From the NCBI GenBank assembly GCA_036676395.1, contig JAKFCY010000002.1:512001-576000 (forward strand): a stretch of 64,000 nucleotides of DNA, given 5' to 3'. The DNA comes from Bdellovibrio sp. (GTDB lineage: Bacteria; Bdellovibrionota; Bdellovibrionia; Bdellovibrionales; Bdellovibrionaceae). Each line of letters starts with the position of its first letter. The first letter of the stretch is position 1. The notes under the pieces were generated by a model. It had not been told where the DNA came from and ran no database searches. It was given only the letters and a program-made list of their open reading frames with translations. Both the position numbers and the translations under genes were made by a program. Positions 47,019 through 56,292 of this stretch are shown here, one piece after another.

Positions 47019-49862
47019 TTAGAAATGTTTTAAGTACTCAATCAGAGCATCTTGTTCAGCAGGTGTGAAGCCCACTTTACTACGAGAGTATTTTGTACCG
47101 AAGTAGTGACCGCGGTTAACTGTTGTATCAGCACATTTGCTGGCGTCAACTAAGTCTTTGGCCGCTAATTCCATGAAGCGGTCACGCGCCACTTCGCCTT
47201 TTAAGCCTTTGAATTGAATTTCAAAGCTTGCACGAGTTAAAGATACAACCGCGTCGATTAATTGGTATTGCGCTTCCAGTACTGTTTTAGGAGCGAAAAT
47301 CACATCCATTTTAAGACCTGCGTAAGTTAAGTCTAAGTTTGAAAGTAAGTTGATCGGAACACCTGCAGGCAGAGGTCCGATTTTAAGAGACTTGCCGACG
47401 TTTGCTTCGTTGACGATGGCATTATCAATCGGCGCATCATACTGAGCGACTTTACGCTTATCTTTGTCTTTTTTGAAGACTTCGTTGGCTGCTACAACTG
47501 GCTTTTCTAAAGCTTCTTTAGAATAATTAACAACAAATTCGCCATCAACTTCTTCAAATGATCCGCCATTAGCTAAGATCGTTTTGAAAACCGCTGATTT
47601 AAGTAAGAAGGGTACAAACTTAATCGGGATTTTGATGTAGCTGTCTGCTGTAAGTACATCGACTAGGCCTGGCACTTTATCGCCGTAGATTGAAGTGTAC
47701 TGAACTTTAACTTCACCTGCGCGCTGAGGTTCGCCGCGTAAATCCGGATTTAATAATTTTCTGATAGAATCATCAAACGACGCCATACGGCCTTCGACAG
47801 TTCCGCGATCATCAAATTTACCTAAAGAGTTATTTTGAAAGAATGGGGCTGTTGACCATAAGCTGATAAGTGATGGTGCACGTAAGTAACCGCGGCCACC
47901 AGCTGGCACAGCTTTATCTTCAGACGTTAAAATTACGCCCATGTTATTACCTGATCTCATTGTTGACGGGTAATTAATACGAAACGTACCCACTGAAGGT
48001 AAAGCTTTGTAAGAGCTAGAAGCGAAGTTATCCCAGATATTATCTTTGATCGCATTCGTTGCAATCGAGCTGCAAAGGTTAGTATCAATGGCTGTCATCG
48101 GAATACGGATATCAGTCGATAAGTAGTTATTATCTAAGAAATCTTTTTGGTTAACGATGCCTTCGATTTGTGTGTGGTATTCAGCAGTTTTTGTGTATTC
48201 AACATAGTTTGACCAGCACTTCATGTAGCCAGCGCCAACACATTCAGGACGGTTAAAGATGCCGTAAACTTTTTCTGGAAGTTTAGACGAGTGACAAGAG
48301 GCGCAGTTATTGGCAAATAATTTTTTACCAAGTTTGACTTGTTCGCTTTCAATATCTTTTAAGTATTTAGTTCCTTCTGGAGCTTGGGCTAAACCATCTT
48401 TACGTGAGGCAACCATTAAGAACATCGCAAGATCAGTAGTCTGGATGACGTTAGCTTGCCAGTAACCTGAATTTGCCGCAGCTTTTTTAATTTGAAACGG
48501 CGTAATGTGTGCGCCGCCAATTACCGGTACAAAGTTTTCTAACCAGTGTTCAGAGAATAAACCGATGTTAACATACACGCGGTTTAAAGCTCCTAATACA
48601 CCCACAGAATCGGCGCCATCTTTTAATACGCGAGGAGAAAGTGCAGAAGTATTGCCATTTTTCGTGAAACCCAACAGCGGAGAATTTTTTGGCATTCCCG
48701 GCATCATCGAAAATTGGGTATTTAATAATTCGCCATCTTTTAAGTTTTCCCAGTTACCGAATTTAGCAGCTGCGTGCATACGTGCACCCAGTTCATAAAC
48801 GGCATTCATCGTGCGTGGGTTATTGATTTGATCTGAAGAAACTAATGAAGTATCTAAAGCTCCAGGGCGGGCCGTGTGAGCTAATTGGTAAATAAAATTG
48901 TCTACGCTTTTTTTGTAGTTAAAGTTAAATACGCGATCAAACCAGAAGTATTGCGCACCTACATTAGAATTTAAGTTTGCCCATTTTGGATTGTTAAAGT
49001 CTGCCGGCGGATTAACTGGATTTGGTCCAACGTGACAAAATGCGCAGCTCATGCCTACGCGGTAAGGTTTAACTAATGTCGGGTCGTTGTAATAAGCAGG
49101 GTCGTTGTAATAACGAACCGGATCCCAGCGATTTGCAGCCGCTTGATCAAACTTTGGGTTTGTAAATAAACGAAGACCGATGACTCCAGTTGGAACTCCG
49201 TAGAAAGAACCCACTTCTAAATGTTTTTGTTGGCCTTTGTAAGTTAATGTTTTTCCGCGTGCGCCGATTTTGGCGCCAGGATATTTTTTAGCATCTGAAA
49301 ATGGTTCTGGAGGACATTCTGCAGAGACCACGCGTTTATCAAGTCTTAAACCCCAACGCTCAGGAAGTGGTTCTTTGTTGTTCACATAACAAGGTTCATT
49401 CACTAAACCGATTTGTTGCCAACGGTTCGCACGCGAATAAGGCTGGTTTGGATCATTGGAAATTAATTTTACGAAATCTAAATTACCGAAAGTATGGTCA
49501 CTTAAAAAATCCCAGAATTTATCATTACCGCCACTCCATGCAATCCAGTTGTTACGGCCTTTGACGAAAGCTTTCACGGCATCGGCTTTTGTGATTCCCG
49601 GAACATAAGGTGATAAGGCTTTATGGATTTGATCTTGGTTTTCTGGACGGCTTAAAGCGTAGTCCATATCCATGTAGTAATCATCAGCCGAACCTTGTTT
49701 CATTTTGGCGATCATATCTTTGCTATTTTCGGCAAGCATGGCTTCATCTTTTTTGTCGAGGTATTTGCCGACAAACGGAAGTTTTTGGCCAAATTTAATG
49801 ATTTGGGCGTTTGCTGAAAAGGCGATGAATGTGAACGATAATATGAGAGCGATTTTTGGCAT
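47019..49862 (-). CDS. Large secreted di-heme c-type cytochrome (RoxA/MauG/bCcP-like)
   Basis: Signal peptide after the AAGGA SD (start 49862); CAFCH and CASCH; GYLRAPSLISLWSTAPFFQNNS; C-terminal NRGHYFG...EQDALIEYLKHF. Confidence 0.8.
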   Translation of the reverse strand: MPKIALILSFTFIAFSANAQIIKFGQKLPFVGKYLDKKDEAMLAENSKDMIAKMKQGSADDYYMDMDYALSRPENQDQIHKALSPYVPGITKADAVKAFVKGRNNWIAWSGGNDKFWDFLSDHTFGNLDFVKLISNDPNQPYSRANRWQQIGLVNEPCYVNNKEPLPERWGLRLDKRVVSAECPPEPFSDAKKYPGAKIGARGKTLTYKGQQKHLEVGSFYGVPTGVIGLRLFTNPKFDQAAANRWDPVRYYNDPAYYNDPTLVKPYRVGMSCAFCHVGPNPVNPPADFNNPKWANLNSNVGAQYFWFDRVFNFNYKKSVDNFIYQLAHTARPGALDTSLVSSDQINNPRTMNAVYELGARMHAAAKFGNWENLKDGELLNTQFSMMPGMPKNSPLLGFTKNGNTSALSPRVLKDGADSVGVLGALNRVYVNIGLFSEHWLENFVPVIGGAHITPFQIKKAAANSGYWQANVIQTTDLAMFLMVASRKDGLAQAPEGTKYLKDIESEQVKLGKKLFANNCASCHSSKLPEKVYGIFNRPECVGAGYMKCWSNYVEYTKTAEYHTQIEGIVNQKDFLDNNYLSTDIRIPMTAIDTNLCSSIATNAIKDNIWDNFASSSYKALPSVGTFRINYPSTMRSGNNMGVILTSEDKAVPAGGRGYLRAPSLISLWSTAPFFQNNSLGKFDDRGTVEGRMASFDDSIRKLLNPDLRGEPQRAGEVKVQYTSIYGDKVPGLVDVLTADSYIKIPIKFVPFLLKSAVFKTILANGGSFEEVDGEFVVNYSKEALEKPVVAANEVFKKDKDKRKVAQYDAPIDNAIVNEANVGKSLKIGPLPAGVPINLLSNLDLTYAGLKMDVIFAPKTVLEAQYQLIDAVVSLTRASFEIQFKGLKGEVARDRFMELAAKDLVDASKCADTTVNRGHYFGTKYSRSKVGFTPAEQDALIEYLKHF

Positions 49863-49960
49863 AGAAAAACATCCTTGTCTTATATATGTATGACCTCTAA
49901 ATCTTAACATATATTCGGCAAAAACAGTTACCCGGCTAGGTAAGCAATCTGGATGTTGGT

Positions 49961-50245
49961 CTAGCTGATGGTCTCATTTGTTGTGTTATTTTTTTGGAGC
50001 AGCGCTACACGATAACTTTGCAGGCTATAGTGGCCGTAAGTTTTAATGCGGTAAAGGTCTAAGACCTCTTGTTGCACTTCTTCAATCACTTCGACGTCAA
50101 GGCCCAGTGGGGCATACATTTTCAGATGCTGAAATTCTTCGACGAAAAGTTGCGTCACTCGCTCAACGAATTGGTCAGCAGTCTCAGAAATGTTGTGAGT
50201 AGACTTAATCTCTTCTTCAATAATTTGCAGAATCATTTTTTTCAT
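49961..50245 (-). CDS. Hypothetical protein (94 aa)
   Basis: Acidic helical ORF filling the gap, with a sigma28-like promoter upstream. Confidence 0.7.
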   Translation of the reverse strand: MKKMILQIIEEEIKSTHNISETADQFVERVTQLFVEEFQHLKMYAPLGLDVEVIEEVQQEVLDLYRIKTYGHYSLQSYRVALLQKNNTTNETIS

Positions 50246-50254
50246 ATATAGATT

Positions 50255-50281
50255 TTTTCGGATAGTTAAGCTAAAACCTAA
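50255..50281 (-). promoter_or_regulatory. Putative sigma28 promoter
   Basis: Minus strand TTAG-N15-TCCGAAAA, same -35 and spacing as the PilZ promoter. Confidence 0.5.
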
Positions 50282-50284
50282 ACT

Positions 50285-51595
50285 GTGAAATCGCCTAGTT
50301 TTTCAGAATTTCAGACAATTATCCAATATCTGCACGACGAGCTGATCGGAAGTCAGTTGCAAGAGGTGATCTCGACGGAAGACGGCCTGGTGCTTGGCTT
50401 TTACCGCTTCGTTCATGAGCCTAAAGCCGTGTGGTTGGTGTTAGATTTAGATACACAGTTTCCTTTCGTCGGGCTTTACCCGCAAAACCCGTGGCTTAAA
50501 ATTAAAAAAACTAAGCCTGTGGCCCTGTTTTTAAATTCGCATTTTAAAAATACGCATTTAAAAGACGTGCAAGTCTTAGAAAACTTTGGTCGCGTCGCGG
50601 ATTTTGATTTTAGTCTTCCCGACAAAAAGTTAGTCTTGCAGGTGCGCCTGATTCCTAGACAGCCGAATGTGATTGTCACAGCTGAAGGTAAAAGCGTTTC
50701 CTGGGATAAACCCCGCGATTTAGCCGTGGCCACAAGAGATGAAAATTTTGAGTCTGAAAATCGTTCGATTCCTTTTTTATTTAAACAGTGGTTTGAGCGT
50801 CGTGCGAAAACTAAAGTGAATGAATCAGCTGCCGGTGGCGGACAATCTCCGTATGAAAAATGGATGCAACAACGAAAAAAAGACCTGCAGAAAAAACAAA
50901 AAGCGTTGTTGCAAATTGATGAACAAAAAAATGAATTAAAAAAAGTTCCCTGGGCTGAAATCGGTAATTTTTTAAAAACCAATGGTTTTAAAGATCTTCC
51001 GCATGAATGGTCGCAGTATGTCGATTTTAAACAAAAACCTTCGGTCAGTATTGAAAAAGCTTTTGAAAAATCCAAACAAGTGGCGCACAAACTTTTAGGC
51101 GCCGATGAGCGCAAAAAACAAATCGCCTTAGAAATTGATTTGGCCGCCGATGTATCTGAAAAGCGGTTTCAGCAACATTTAAATGAATTGGCTGTTAAAC
51201 AAGCAAAACAAGGACTGCGTAAAGCCACCGAAGGTCATTTTCGCAAACTAAACATCGACGGTGAAAACCCAGTAAGTGTTTTGATGGGTAAAAACGCCGG
51301 TGAAAACTTAAAACTACTGCGCCAAGCCAAAGCTTGGGATCTTTGGATACACCTTAAAGATTATCCAAGTGCCTATGCTATTATACAAAAACCTAAGGAT
51401 AAAAATGTCTCGGATCAGGTTTTGATCCAAGCAAGCCAGTGGTTAGTCAAAGAATCCATTAAAAACAAAAAACACATGGATGGTGCAAAGCTTTCTGTGG
51501 TGATTGTTGAATGTCGTCACGTGAAACCGATCAAAGGGGATAAGATTGGGCGTGTGACTTATCATCACCCTCGGGAAATGTTGATTACCGTATAA
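50285..51595 (+). CDS. NFACT family protein (RqcH/FbpA-like; NFACT-N, coiled coil, NFACT-R)
   Basis: C-terminal MGKNAGEN..L...AKAWDLWIHLKDYPSAY NFACT-R motif; N-terminal L.GSQLQEV...R...L...NVIV; central coiled coil. Confidence 0.8.
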   Translation: MKSPSFSEFQTIIQYLHDELIGSQLQEVISTEDGLVLGFYRFVHEPKAVWLVLDLDTQFPFVGLYPQNPWLKIKKTKPVALFLNSHFKNTHLKDVQVLENFGRVADFDFSLPDKKLVLQVRLIPRQPNVIVTAEGKSVSWDKPRDLAVATRDENFESENRSIPFLFKQWFERRAKTKVNESAAGGGQSPYEKWMQQRKKDLQKKQKALLQIDEQKNELKKVPWAEIGNFLKTNGFKDLPHEWSQYVDFKQKPSVSIEKAFEKSKQVAHKLLGADERKKQIALEIDLAADVSEKRFQQHLNELAVKQAKQGLRKATEGHFRKLNIDGENPVSVLMGKNAGENLKLLRQAKAWDLWIHLKDYPSAYAIIQKPKDKNVSDQVLIQASQWLVKESIKNKKHMDGAKLSVVIVECRHVKPIKGDKIGRVTYHHPREMLITV

Positions 51596-51609
51596 AATTT
51601 TGCTCTAAT
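51581..51609 (+). promoter_or_regulatory. Putative sigma70 promoter of the Gld-like operon
   Basis: TTGATT-N17-TCTAAT with TG extension, 8 nt before ATG; no SD. Confidence 0.55.
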
Positions 51610-51617
51610 TTACAGTT

Positions 51618-52544
51618 ATGATAGAAGTGTATAATCTCTGTAAGAATTACGGTGAACGTAAAGCCATTCAAGATATCAATTTTAGAATTTCACCCGGCGA
51701 TGTGGTGGGGTTACTTGGGCCAAATGGGGCCGGTAAATCAACGACCATGAAAATCATCACAGGTTTTATGGCACCAACATCTGGGGTCGCAAAAATTTGT
51801 GGAATCGATGTTTTTGAAAATCCTATCGAAGTGAAAAAACGAATTGGTTATTTGCCAGAAGCTCCGCCGGTTTACTTAGATATGACGGTGCAAGATTATT
51901 TAAATTTTGTGGCTGATCTGAAATTAGTAGAGAGTTCTAAGAAAAAAGGTTTAATTGAAAAAGCCCTGCAAAAAACCCAGTTATTAGATGTAAGGTTTCG
52001 ATTAATTAAAAACTTATCCAAAGGGTTTCGCCAACGTGTGGGGATCGCTCAGGCGTTAGTGTCTGATCCGGATGTGTTAGTGTTAGATGAGCCAACAGTG
52101 GGCTTAGATCCAAAACAAGTGGCCGAAGTTCGTGATCTGATCAAAGAATTAAAAGGCCAGCACACGATTATTTTGTCAACTCATATATTACCTGAAGTGC
52201 AAGCCACGTGTAACCGTGTGATTATTATTCATAACGGTCAAATCGTGGCTGAAGATTCAATCGATAATATAGAAAAACTGAATCAAGGTTTGATTACCGT
52301 GAATGTAAAAACTAAAAAAGACCTGATGTTGATCTCAGAATTTCAAAAAATATCTGGAGTCCATCATGTTGAACAAATGGGTTCAGCGTCTTACCGTATT
52401 CAAATCAAAGACGAAGATGTGCTAGATCTGATCGCCCAGCAAATTATCAAATCCGGCGCTGGCCTGCGGGAATTGACGCCAGCGACGCAAAATCTTGAAG
52501 ATGTGTTTTTAAAACTGACTTATGGTCAAAAGGAGCAGATATGA
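51618..52544 (+). CDS. ABC transporter ATP-binding protein, GldA-like
   Basis: GPNGAGKSTT, LSKGFRQRVG, LDEPTVGLDP, STHIL.EV. Confidence 0.93.
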   Translation: MIEVYNLCKNYGERKAIQDINFRISPGDVVGLLGPNGAGKSTTMKIITGFMAPTSGVAKICGIDVFENPIEVKKRIGYLPEAPPVYLDMTVQDYLNFVADLKLVESSKKKGLIEKALQKTQLLDVRFRLIKNLSKGFRQRVGIAQALVSDPDVLVLDEPTVGLDPKQVAEVRDLIKELKGQHTIILSTHILPEVQATCNRVIIIHNGQIVAEDSIDNIEKLNQGLITVNVKTKKDLMLISEFQKISGVHHVEQMGSASYRIQIKDEDVLDLIAQQIIKSGAGLRELTPATQNLEDVFLKLTYGQKEQI

Positions 52545-53320
52545 AACAAATATTTACTCTGTTTAAAAAAGAATTTAAAGCCATGTTTTTTTCGCCGCTG
52601 TTTTACGTGATCGCATTTTTGACGACAGTGTTGCTGGGAATCACCTTTTCGATTTCGATTTTAAATTTCGCCAATCAGATTTCAAATGCCATGATGGCCA
52701 TGGGATTAGGCAGTTCGCAACAACAAAATATTCACTATGTGGTGTTTTTACCGCACCTCTCATTATTAAACTTAATTTTAATGTTTATGGTGCCGGCCTT
52801 AGCCATGCGTTTAATTTCAGAAGAAAAGAAAAATCGCACTTTTGATTTGTTATTAACTTCGCCGATTTCTTCAGTGCAAATCGTGGTCGGAAAGTACTTA
52901 TCATTATTAGCAGTCGTCTTAGGTTTATCAGCAATTGCATTTATTTATATATTAGTGGCTCGTAAGATGTTTGATTTTTCTTGGGCTCCGGCGATTCTGG
53001 CTTTAACGGGAATTTTTCTGGTCGGTGCCGTTTACAGCGCCTTAAGCATGTTTGCTTCAAGTTTAACTGAAAATACGATGATCGCCTTTTTTGTCGGGAT
53101 CGTATTTAATATTTCAGTTTGGATTTTAGGTGGTTTTGCTGAATTAGTCGAAAGCACGGCGATGAAAGCGGTTTTTGATCAAATTTCGTTAAACCAGCAT
53201 TTACAAAGTTTAGTCGAAGGTGTGCTGCGTTTAAATGGTGTCGTGTTTTTTGTCAGTGTTATTTTTCTATTTTGTTTTTTGACCGAACGGGTAGTCGAAT
53301 CTGCCCGCTGGAGATCTTAA
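52541..53320 (+). CDS. ABC-2 permease, GldF-like
   Basis: KKEF...F.SP, PALAMRLISEEKKNRTFDLLLTSP...IVVGKY; six TMs. Confidence 0.9.
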   Translation: MKQIFTLFKKEFKAMFFSPLFYVIAFLTTVLLGITFSISILNFANQISNAMMAMGLGSSQQQNIHYVVFLPHLSLLNLILMFMVPALAMRLISEEKKNRTFDLLLTSPISSVQIVVGKYLSLLAVVLGLSAIAFIYILVARKMFDFSWAPAILALTGIFLVGAVYSALSMFASSLTENTMIAFFVGIVFNISVWILGGFAELVESTAMKAVFDQISLNQHLQSLVEGVLRLNGVVFFVSVIFLFCFLTERVVESARWRS

Positions 53321-53321
53321 T

Positions 53322-54896
53322 ATGAGTAAAAAGGGACGCCTACTTTTAGGTATAGCTTGTATTTTATTTTTATCATTCGGCGGCTTGTATTTTGCCATTC
53401 AAACCTGGATGCCGTTTATGTGGTTTATCTTAGGCCCTGCAGTGCTGTCAGTGGTGGCCTGGGTTTATCAGGACCGTAAATTGTTATATGAACTGATGAC
53501 CATGAAGACCACAAAACACGGCTTAAACATGGGCGCTTTAGTTTTGATCGCGGTTGTTTTTTTAGTGGGTTTAAATATTCTTTCAAGTAAGAAGAATAAA
53601 AGTTTTGATTTTACCCAAGTGGGCTTACACACTTTGTCACCGCTATCAGTTCAGATTTTGAACAGCCTTGAAGGGGATTTAAGCGTTAAATTCTTTTATA
53701 AAGAAGGCGCTGAAAACGTAGAAGCCAATCGTAAAGCTTTTGCGCAAACGGCAAGAATGTACTCTGAAGCTTCAGATAAAGTAAAAATTGACTATATCGA
53801 AATGAATTCGAATCCGAAAACTACGGCAGATTTTGGGGCCAATCGCCCAGTGGGCGAAGTTTTTATTGATTATAAAGGTCAAAAAAACCGAATCGAATCG
53901 CAATTTTTAGGAAGCCAAGGGCAAAAATTTAACGAACAAGATTTTACCAATGCGATCATCAAAGTGACCCGCAAAGAAAAAAAGATCATCTATATTGTTG
54001 AAGGTGATGAAGAGCGTAATATTGAAGACGAAAAAAATCAGCGTGGTGTTTCTTCGTTTGTACAGTTGTTAGAAAAAAATTCTTACCTGGTTAAAAAGAT
54101 AAATTTAGTTAAGGCCACGGCGATTCCTGAAGAAGCGAATGCTTTAGTTATTCTTGGGCCGCAAAGTGCCTTAGAAAAATTTCAAATCGATGCGATCACT
54201 AAGTATTTATCAATCGGTGGGTCATTATTTTTAACGTTAGATGATAAAAATACGGCAGGTCTTTCTGGTTTGTTAAATACGTTCGGTCTTAAATTAGAAC
54301 AGCAATATATTTTTAATGTGATTAATTCTCCGATGGGGCAAGTGGTAAATTCAAACGAGCCTACAGTGGCTGTTGATTATTCGCCGGTAAATCCGATCAC
54401 TAAAGTATTTACCAGCAATCAAAAAGCTATTTTTATTGCGCCAAATTCTTTAGCGCTGGTGCCGGTCAGCCCAGATATTAAAAATGAAATCATTGTGCGC
54501 ACGCCAGAGGCTTCTGTCGCTTTACTTAAAATGGATAGCGCCAATTACGAAGGTCAACCAAGATCTTTTAATCTAATTGCTGAAGTGAATGGTAAACTTG
54601 ATAAAGCGACGAAACCTTTTAAAGCTGTTGTCGCAGCCGACACAGATTTTTTATCTAACGGAGCTATTTTTCAGAACGTAAATCGTGATCTGGCACTGAA
54701 TTCGATGTCGTATTTATTAGGCGACAGCGATTTAATTTCAATTGCTCCAAAAGAAGTATCAATCACGCAAATGTTAATGTCGCCTCCTGAATTTAGTCAG
54801 TTTTACAAGTTTGTGGTTATGGGAATATTTTTACCATTACCATTTTTATTTTTGGGTATAAGTATCGTGTTATGGCTTAGACGCCGTCACGCATAA
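53322..54896 (+). CDS. GldG-like ABC auxiliary component
   Basis: N-terminal TMs, DFT....TLS..S..IL, EQDFTNAI.KV, ILGP, GGSL, D.DFLSN, N.DLALN; C-terminal TM ending WLRRR. Confidence 0.88.
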   Translation: MSKKGRLLLGIACILFLSFGGLYFAIQTWMPFMWFILGPAVLSVVAWVYQDRKLLYELMTMKTTKHGLNMGALVLIAVVFLVGLNILSSKKNKSFDFTQVGLHTLSPLSVQILNSLEGDLSVKFFYKEGAENVEANRKAFAQTARMYSEASDKVKIDYIEMNSNPKTTADFGANRPVGEVFIDYKGQKNRIESQFLGSQGQKFNEQDFTNAIIKVTRKEKKIIYIVEGDEERNIEDEKNQRGVSSFVQLLEKNSYLVKKINLVKATAIPEEANALVILGPQSALEKFQIDAITKYLSIGGSLFLTLDDKNTAGLSGLLNTFGLKLEQQYIFNVINSPMGQVVNSNEPTVAVDYSPVNPITKVFTSNQKAIFIAPNSLALVPVSPDIKNEIIVRTPEASVALLKMDSANYEGQPRSFNLIAEVNGKLDKATKPFKAVVAADTDFLSNGAIFQNVNRDLALNSMSYLLGDSDLISIAPKEVSITQMLMSPPEFSQFYKFVVMGIFLPLPFLFLGISIVLWLRRRHA

Positions 54897-54909
54897 GGAA
54901 TAAGTTCAT

Positions 54910-56292
54910 ATGAAGTTTTACAAAACAGTAATTTTGGCAGTACTGGCCGTGGCTTTCTCGGGCGGAATCTATTATTTTACCGTCGTGCGTGAAGCGCAAA
55001 ATGCAGAGCAGGATAGTACTCAGATTGTTTACTTAAAAAAAGAACAAATTAATTATCTTGAGATGCAGAACAAAAATACTAAATACGTTTTTCAAAAAAA
55101 TGATCAAGGCTGGAAAATTGAAGAACCGATCACAGATATTGCAGACGATCAGCGTTTAGAAGATGTATTAACTCAGCTGACCAATGAAAAACAAACGGCC
55201 ATCGCTAAAGAAGGACCCGGCATTAACTGGGCCGAGTTCGGTTTAGACACTCCAGAAGCTTTTATGGTGATCAAAAATAATCTTGGCCAATCACAAAAAA
55301 TATTCATAAGTGCCACAAAAAATTTCGAAGGTAATCATTACGCGCGTATTGATAATGTTGAAAAAATTTTGGTGGTTAGTCCGGCTTGGTTTAATTTTAC
55401 GACAGAAAAATTAACTTATTTTCGCGAGAAAAGTCTTTACCGAGGTCAAATCGCAGCCATTAAAAAAATTACGGTTCGTTCATTAAATGATAATTTCAGT
55501 TTAGTCAGTGGCGATAAGGGATGGTATTCTCCGGTTTTTGAAGACTACATCTTAGATCAAAGTAAAATTCGTTCAATGATTAAAGCCATCGCTGAAAACA
55601 CCATTCAAGAATATATCAGTGAGGGTGACCCCTCAGATATGGAGCGCAAGGAAAAAGGCTTAAATAAAGATTATTCTGAAGTCATTTTTGAAACTGAAAA
55701 TGATCGTTGGGCCGTGGTCGTTAACTTGCACGAAAAAGATAAAGCTCTTTATGCTTTAACAGAAAAGCCAACTTACTTAGTAAAACTTGATTTATCGCAA
55801 TGGGAGCTATTTGGAAATTTAAATTTAGATGCCCTTCGCGATCGTAAAACTATGATGACATTCGATGTAAAGATGGTGAATCGCGTGTTTGTCAGAAGTG
55901 GTGCTAAAAGTTTACAGCTGGTTAAAGAAGATTCTAAATGGCGTCCAGAGGCTGCAGATCTTGCTGAAAAAATAAAAATTAATAATGATGATATGGCTGA
56001 TTTAATCAATCAGGTGCACGATCTTGAGATCACTTACTTTTTACATGAAGAAGAGGGTAAAGATTTCGTCGGTAACGACATGATCATTTTAAAAACCTCT
56101 GAAGATCAGTTGTTGTTTCAGGTCAACTGGGGGCCGCTGCGCAAAGATTACTTCTTAGCGCGCACCCAGACGAGTGATAATATTTTTGGTCTCAAAAAAT
56201 CATACATTGATCAACTTCCATTAGAGAAAATTTTAAAAGACCAGGTAGCTCACGTCGAAGTGTTACCTGAAAGCAAAGCGAGAAAAAAATGA
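54910..56292 (+). CDS. DUF4340 domain protein
   Basis: N-terminal anchor, repeated W....P...AD / EFGLD.P / LRDR motifs; follows the GldG-like gene. Confidence 0.75.
   Translation: MKFYKTVILAVLAVAFSGGIYYFTVVREAQNAEQDSTQIVYLKKEQINYLEMQNKNTKYVFQKNDQGWKIEEPITDIADDQRLEDVLTQLTNEKQTAIAKEGPGINWAEFGLDTPEAFMVIKNNLGQSQKIFISATKNFEGNHYARIDNVEKILVVSPAWFNFTTEKLTYFREKSLYRGQIAAIKKITVRSLNDNFSLVSGDKGWYSPVFEDYILDQSKIRSMIKAIAENTIQEYISEGDPSDMERKEKGLNKDYSEVIFETENDRWAVVVNLHEKDKALYALTEKPTYLVKLDLSQWELFGNLNLDALRDRKTMMTFDVKMVNRVFVRSGAKSLQLVKEDSKWRPEAADLAEKIKINNDDMADLINQVHDLEITYFLHEEEGKDFVGNDMIILKTSEDQLLFQVNWGPLRKDYFLARTQTSDNIFGLKKSYIDQLPLEKILKDQVAHVEVLPESKARKK

Noticed and set aside
50476..51114. 212 aa antisense ORF
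   Set aside because: Lies wholly opposite the NFACT gene and has the F/S/C-rich composition expected of a reverse-frame shadow.
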